10,705 bases of DNA from Pseudomonadota bacterium (GTDB taxonomy: Bacteria; Bdellovibrionota; FAC87; UBA2466): contig JAYSWN010000107.1 in NCBI GenBank assembly GCA_043718025.1, positions 1 through 10,705 on the forward strand. Reading direction: 5' to 3'. Shown piece by piece: positions 5,975 through 10,705 of this stretch. The position numbers and the translations under genes are program-made. The notes beneath the pieces are model-generated. The model was not told where the DNA came from. It worked only from the letters and a program-made list of their open reading frames with translations, and did no database searches. How positions within the stretch are numbered: position 1 is the stretch's first letter; every line of letters begins with the position of its first letter.

Positions 5975-8047
5975 ATGGTTATGATTGAAAAATTTGAAAT
6001 TTCGGCAATTCAATCTGAAAATCTTAAATCTGCAATTGATGAAGCCGCTATTTGCGCCTTCACAGATGTGAATGGGACTATCATTTATGTAAATAAAAAG
6101 TTTTGTGCCAAGTCGAAATATTCGCGCGAAGAATTGATAGGGAAAAACCATAGAATCATTAACTCTGGACATCATCCGAAAGAGTTCTTTATTGAAATGT
6201 GGAAAACAATCTCCTCGGGTCACACCTGGGAAGGGGAGATTCGCAACAAAGCCAAAGATGGAAGCTGCTATTGGGTTAATACGACCATCGTGCCAGTCTT
6301 AGATAAAAAAGGAAATCCCGAGCAGTATGTTGCTATTCAATACGTAATCACAAAGAGAAAACAGGCAGAGCAAGACCTCAGAGTCCAAACCCTCAATGCT
6401 ACGGCCCAAGAGCAGGCCTCGCAGTACGCGCGCAGCTTGATCGAGGCTAGTCTCGATCCTCTGGTGACTATTAGCCCAGAAGGAAAAATCACGGACGTCA
6501 ATGAAGGCTCCGTCAAGGTTACAGGAGTTTCTAGGGCGAGTCTTATTGGAACTGACTTCTCACAGTACTTCACCGAGCCCGCGAAAGCTCAGGAGGGTTA
6601 CAAGCAAGTCTTTGAGAAGGGATTTGTCTCCGACTATGCCCTCACCATTAAGCATAAGAAAGGGCGTCTCACCGATGTTCTCTACAATGCTTCGGTCTAT
6701 AAAGACGTGCAAGGCAATGTTCTCGGCGTGTTTGCCGCCGCTCGCGACGTTACGGAACGAAAAGAAATCGAAAGGGTGAAAGCCCAGCTCTTACTGAAGG
6801 AGCAAGAGGCAAATATCGCCAAAGATGAGTTTTTATCGACCCTTTCCCACGAACTTCGCACACCCCTTTCGTCAATTATGTCATGGGCACAGTTGTTGCG
6901 CATGGGGAAACTCGATCCTGAAAAGACCAAGCGCGGATACGAAATCATGGAGCAAAGTGCAAAAGCTCAAAGTCAGTTGATTGATGATCTTTTGGACATT
7001 TCAAGAATTCAAGCGGGCAAGCTCAATCTAAACGTTCAAATAATTGATCCCGCCAAGATTATCTCTGATGCAATCGACTCAACTCGCAGTCTCGCGGCAA
7101 GAAAATCGGTTCAGATCGAAACAGAAATTGATTCTTCAATAAAGACTATTAATGCTGATCCATACCGTCTCCAGCAAATTTTATGGAATCTCATCACGAA
7201 TTCGATCAAGTTTTCGACCCAAGGGGGTCGAGTCAGGATTAAGCTGAGCCGATTCCTAAATCCCGAACGCACGTGCATTCAAGTCAGCGATAATGGAAAA
7301 GGGATTAAATCGGAATTTTTGCCCATTATCTTTGAGCGTTTCACCCAGGTGGATTGTACTAGTACCCGTGCTTATGGCGGATTGGGTTTGGGGCTGGCGA
7401 TTGTGCGAAAACTTACGGAAATGCACAATGGAACTGTGGAGGTAACTAGCCCCGGCGAGGGCAAAGGCGCGACCTTTACCATCTGTATTCCAGAAAAAAG
7501 AATTGGCAAATTAGACTCCACTGAGGCGGAGGCGGAGGCGGAGGCGGAGGCGGAGGCGGAGGCGGTGGCAGAGGCAACAGCAGAGGCAACGGTAACCCTA
7601 AACGGAGTACGGGTACTTGTTGTAGAAGACGATGCTAACGCAAGAGAGGTCTTAATGGTAATGCTTCAAACTTTCGGTGCCGAAGTGAAAGCAGCCGGTT
7701 CAGTAGCCGAAGCTATGACGATCTTCGGAGAATTTGAGCCCGATGTTTTAGTCAGCGATATCGCAATACCAGTTGAGGATGGATTCAGCCTGATAAAAAA
7801 GATCCGTGCGCTCATATCAAAGCTCGGGCAAACTCCTGCACTCGCACTCACGGCTTACGCTAGCATTGAAGATATTCAGCGGACGCATCTCGCCGGCTTT
7901 CAGTCGCATATGGCAAAGCCAGCGGATGCAAACAAGCTCGCTCTGGCTATCTCTAGACTTGCCGGGCGGAAGTTATCCGAATCTGCTATTGGCGGAATAG
8001 TTAGTTTAGACGCGAGCGCTTACCACCGCTCACTTGATTCTCACTAA
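5975..8047 (+). CDS. Hybrid sensor histidine kinase PAS-PAS-HisKA-HATPase-REC
   Basis: Two PAS/PAC domains, H-box LSHELRTPL, N-box QILWNLITNSIKF, G1 DNGKGI, F-box IFERF, G2 GGLGLGL, receiver VLVVEDD...VLVSD...LTAY...AKP; GGAG upstream of ATG 5975; no transmembrane segment. Confidence 0.95.
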   Translation: MVMIEKFEISAIQSENLKSAIDEAAICAFTDVNGTIIYVNKKFCAKSKYSREELIGKNHRIINSGHHPKEFFIEMWKTISSGHTWEGEIRNKAKDGSCYWVNTTIVPVLDKKGNPEQYVAIQYVITKRKQAEQDLRVQTLNATAQEQASQYARSLIEASLDPLVTISPEGKITDVNEGSVKVTGVSRASLIGTDFSQYFTEPAKAQEGYKQVFEKGFVSDYALTIKHKKGRLTDVLYNASVYKDVQGNVLGVFAAARDVTERKEIERVKAQLLLKEQEANIAKDEFLSTLSHELRTPLSSIMSWAQLLRMGKLDPEKTKRGYEIMEQSAKAQSQLIDDLLDISRIQAGKLNLNVQIIDPAKIISDAIDSTRSLAARKSVQIETEIDSSIKTINADPYRLQQILWNLITNSIKFSTQGGRVRIKLSRFLNPERTCIQVSDNGKGIKSEFLPIIFERFTQVDCTSTRAYGGLGLGLAIVRKLTEMHNGTVEVTSPGEGKGATFTICIPEKRIGKLDSTEAEAEAEAEAEAEAVAEATAEATVTLNGVRVLVVEDDANAREVLMVMLQTFGAEVKAAGSVAEAMTIFGEFEPDVLVSDIAIPVEDGFSLIKKIRALISKLGQTPALALTAYASIEDIQRTHLAGFQSHMAKPADANKLALAISRLAGRKLSESAIGGIVSLDASAYHRSLDSH
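7523..7564 (+). repeat. Perfect hexanucleotide tandem repeat (GAGGCG)7 encoding (Glu-Ala)7, with degenerate units to 7588
   Basis: Read directly: seven identical GAGGCG units, then GTGGCA GAGGCA ACAGCA GAGGCA; lies in the HATPase-REC linker. Confidence 0.97.
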
Positions 8048-8189
8048 AGTGAGAAAAGGTCTGAATTTTAGCTTTATGGTAGCACCCGCTATTTGTTTTC
8101 GATCGATACGATCGAACTATCTCGAACGGCAACGTTCGAAGACTCCACCAGCAGGATCTTTGCCAAGCTCAAGGCATCACCATTCTACG

Positions 8190-8408
8190 TTAGGTAAGAA
8201 GCAGATCGACGCTCAGGAAGCCCAGCTGGATATCCAACCAGGAACGCTACACCGGCAGTTGCAATTGATGGTGAAGACCGTCCAACAACATCACCGAGAA
8301 CTCGCAATGACGCTGACGAAAAAGCTGCCGGAAGCCAGTATCCCATCGCGGATTTGTGACCTCATAGACGAAAGAGTCAAAAGTTTTAAGGTCCAGGGCG
8401 CGTTGTAG
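8190..8408 (+). pseudogene. Possible 3' remnant of a HipA-family toxin kinase gene
   Basis: LGKKQIDAQEAQLDIQPGTLHRQLQLMV...IPSRICDLIDERVKSFKVQGAL is amphipathic-helical and resembles HipA C-terminal helices from memory; no credible start or SD. Left boundary approximate. Confidence 0.3.
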
Positions 8409-8431
8409 TGCAAACGGTAGCACCACCGGAC

Positions 8432-9826
8432 CTACTCGGCGACTTTCTTAAGGCTGAACGCGGCGCCGCCGTTCTCAAGCACTATCTCCGAAACATTTTT
8501 CGATGCATCCTTTTTGAATTCGAAAAACGCAGACTTCAAAATCGTGAATCGATTATCGGAGACCGCCGTCAATATTCCTTTTTCTCGTCCGACCATTTCG
8601 TACGTGAGAAAATCCTTTTTGACACCAATCTTGATTTCGAAGCCCGATTCGTGCCTGTACTTGCCCACATAACTCAATAGAATCTCTGCAGGAACTTTGA
8701 CGCCAAAGTCCGGCTGGCAACTTTCGTCTTTCATGATGATTTCTGTTAGACACGGGATGATGCTGCCGGTGTTTGTCAGTACGACGTATCCTGATCCCCG
8801 ACTTTGATCGAACGTGACATAGGAAGTGAAAAATCCCGTTCCGCCGGCATGAGAGTGGATAACCCGCTTTCCGATAGAGTCAATGTGCCATCCCAAGCCA
8901 ACGTTGTTTTCGCCTCGGGCGCGATGAATCTTCTGGGCTAATCTTAACGCCTTGGTAATTCCTGTTTTCGCGGGCTGCAAGTTCGCCCGAATAAACTTCA
9001 TCATGTCATTAGCCGTTGATAAAATCCCGCCGGCCGCCACGAAGACGCCAAAATCCTGCCTGAACCCCTTCTCCCCGATGGCATTGTATGGAGTCGCATA
9101 GCGTTCGATCAGGACCGGCGAAAGCAACGAAGTTGTGTGCGTCATATGCAACGGACGCGTAATGAAGGCTTGCAGCAACTCTTCATAGGACTTCGATGCT
9201 GCTTTGGTTAGCGCATAACCTAAGACGCTCGCCCCGAGATTGGAATAGTTCTTCCAATCGAATGGCGTCGGATGATCGCCAAGATCAAATGACCTCAGGA
9301 ACTCAAGCAACTGCTCTTCGCGGTAGCCCGCATACGGCGCGCCCTGAATATTCGAAACCAAATTTCCCGGGACCGACGGCAGTCCAGAAGTATGAGTTGC
9401 CAGCTCGATCAGGGTAATAGAACCGGTCTCTTTGCCGGCCAACTCGGGTACATACATCGAGATCGGATCATCCAACCGAACCTTTTCGGCCTGGACCAAG
9501 CTGGCGAGCAGGATCCCGGTGAAAACCTTCGTGACGGAGCCGATTTCATACAAGGTTTCGCCGGACGGAACTTTTCCGGTCTCCAAATCGGTGACGCCGT
9601 AAGGGATTACTTTGTCGGTCCCCTTCGTTATGAGCCCGACGACGGCTCCGACGTTAAACCCGTTTTTAACCTGCATGTTGACGACGTCATCGATGTCTTT
9701 TTGGATGCCGGTAAGGTTTAACGTCAATCCCGTCACATCGGCGGCGTTTCTTTCCGCGGTATTACAGCTGGCGATGAGCCCACAAGCTATCGCCCCCACT
9801 AACACACAATACTGCTTAACCCTCAT
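8432..9826 (-). CDS. Serine hydrolase of the beta-lactamase (class C-like) / D-peptidase family, predicted lipoprotein with a C-terminal accessory domain
   Basis: YEIGSVTK (SxxK), LATHTSGLP, YSN, HAGGT motifs; lipobox LIASC (Cys21); C-terminal LLSYVGKY... domain (DUF3471-like); SD GGGAG. Confidence 0.9.
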   Translation of the reverse strand: MRVKQYCVLVGAIACGLIASCNTAERNAADVTGLTLNLTGIQKDIDDVVNMQVKNGFNVGAVVGLITKGTDKVIPYGVTDLETGKVPSGETLYEIGSVTKVFTGILLASLVQAEKVRLDDPISMYVPELAGKETGSITLIELATHTSGLPSVPGNLVSNIQGAPYAGYREEQLLEFLRSFDLGDHPTPFDWKNYSNLGASVLGYALTKAASKSYEELLQAFITRPLHMTHTTSLLSPVLIERYATPYNAIGEKGFRQDFGVFVAAGGILSTANDMMKFIRANLQPAKTGITKALRLAQKIHRARGENNVGLGWHIDSIGKRVIHSHAGGTGFFTSYVTFDQSRGSGYVVLTNTGSIIPCLTEIIMKDESCQPDFGVKVPAEILLSYVGKYRHESGFEIKIGVKKDFLTYEMVGREKGILTAVSDNRFTILKSAFFEFKKDASKNVSEIVLENGGAAFSLKKVAE

Positions 9827-9859
9827 TAGAGTACTCCCGCGATTTTAAGTAGTTAACGC

Positions 9860-9884
9860 ACCGCGCTACAGAGCATAGCGCGGT
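9860..9884. promoter_or_regulatory. Perfect 9-bp inverted repeat upstream of the serine hydrolase
   Basis: ACCGCGCTA-cagagca-TAGCGCGGT; no downstream U-tract on either strand. Confidence 0.5.
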
Positions 9885-9895
9885 CTAGAAAAATA

Positions 9896-9961
9896 AGGCA
9901 AAAAAAGTCCTCCCCACAATACGAGTTCCGCGAACATTGGATATAGTGACGTTTTTTGCCT
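9896..9961. repeat. 14-bp inverted repeat (one mismatch) with a 38-nt spacer in the divergent intergenic region
   Basis: AGGCAAAAAAAGTC (9896-9909) pairs with GACGTTTTTTGCCT (9948-9961). Confidence 0.55.
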
Positions 9962-10017
9962 CCTTCACCGCACCTCTGATTTGCGCTAAGTTGGAGTTCC
10001 ACCAGTAGGAGCGCCCA

Positions 10018-10705
10018 ATTTTTCAGAGAGTAATCATTCTATTCGCAATGATTCACGCGGCTTGGGCGGGCGGCACTGACTGCCTTACGGAGCTTGAGCT
10101 AAAATCCCTAGGCCCTCCGTACTTCAAAGCTCACACCGGAGTGGCCGCGGCAATTCCCAATATGACTTTTGCGGCGGGGACGGAAACGTTTCTTCTCTCG
10201 TACGACAGCCCGGAATCTAAAAAGGGCGGCACAGGCACGATTTACCTCGTTAAATCACCCACCGCGGCCCCGTACGTGTTGAAGTTTTACCGCAACGAAG
10301 ACTCCTTTACCGGTGACCTTATTGCCATGCGGGCCCTTCACGCGGCCGCAAAAAAACAATCGATTGGCTTTGTTGTGCCCGACACTCAAACCGAGGGGCT
10401 ACCCCCGCTGACGATGAAATTACCCTACGCCCCGGGAAGAGATCTCAATTCCATCTTGAGAGATCCCACGATTAACCCGCTTTTAAAGCATCACATCGCC
10501 ACCAAATACCGCGAAGCGGCCAAACAATATTGGCAGGTCGTGCCGATCGAAATTCCTTTCGCCAAATGTGCGGGCGCGATACCGGAGAACTACCCCGAAC
10601 ACTATGGCCTGGCGGTACTTATTTTTTGGATTACCCCACCTGACGGTCCGAGCGGCAACCTCATGCTAAAGGCTCAGCAGGTGATTGTGTCGCCTGAAGA
10701 TCTGT
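10018..10705 (+). CDS. Secreted protein-kinase-like-fold protein (possible pseudokinase), 3' partial
   Basis: 229 codons open to the window end; signal-peptide-like (M)FQRVIILFAMIHAAWA; Gly-loop KKGGTGTIYLV, YVLKFY, hinge TMKLPYAPGRDLNSIL, degenerate catalytic loop LMLKAQQVIV. AGGAG (10007-10011) sits 6 nt before ATT 10018; first ATG is 10048. Confidence 0.7.
   Translation, partial: MFQRVIILFAMIHAAWAGGTDCLTELELKSLGPPYFKAHTGVAAAIPNMTFAAGTETFLLSYDSPESKKGGTGTIYLVKSPTAAPYVLKFYRNEDSFTGDLIAMRALHAAAKKQSIGFVVPDTQTEGLPPLTMKLPYAPGRDLNSILRDPTINPLLKHHIATKYREAAKQYWQVVPIEIPFAKCAGAIPENYPEHYGLAVLIFWITPPDGPSGNLMLKAQQVIVSPEDL

Noticed and set aside
7523..7588. Repeat as a CRISPR array or frameshifting phase-variation tract
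   Set aside because: No spacers, and the 6-bp unit preserves the reading frame.
8408..9848. ORFs 8408-8680, 8553-8753, 9196-9417, 9392-9721, 9612-9848
   Set aside because: Antisense or alternative-frame shadows of the serine hydrolase gene.
9964..9992. Candidate sigma70 promoter TTCACC-N17-TAAGTT for the last gene
   Set aside because: Correct spacing but only a partial consensus match; not distinguishable from chance without TSS data.

Overview
A 10.7-kb bacterial accessory-type region with no integrase, transposase, RNA gene or CRISPR array visible. Left arm, minus strand: an arsenic-resistance operon, MerR-family regulator > ArsI/CadI-family VOC protein > Acr3 arsenite exporter > thioredoxin-type ArsC. 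No ArsR precedes it; instead a mer-type promoter/operator (TTGACT-CCGTAC-N4-GTACGG-N4-TAGACT) points into the MerR gene itself. The regulator lacks the inter-subunit Cys of MerR/ZntR but has four C-terminal cysteines, so it is a candidate MerR-type arsenic sensor (most interesting element, inference). Downstream are an AT-rich palindrome, an internally shortened rhodanese and the start of a further gene. Centre, plus strand: APC-family permease, a possibly truncated GNAT-like ORF, a CheY-like receiver, a PAS-PAS-HisKA-HATPase-REC hybrid kinase with a (GAGGCG)7 linker repeat, and a possible hipA 3' remnant. Right: a lipoprotein serine hydrolase of the beta-lactamase family (minus strand) and, absent from the ORF track, a divergent secreted kinase-fold protein that seems to start at ATT and runs off the window.
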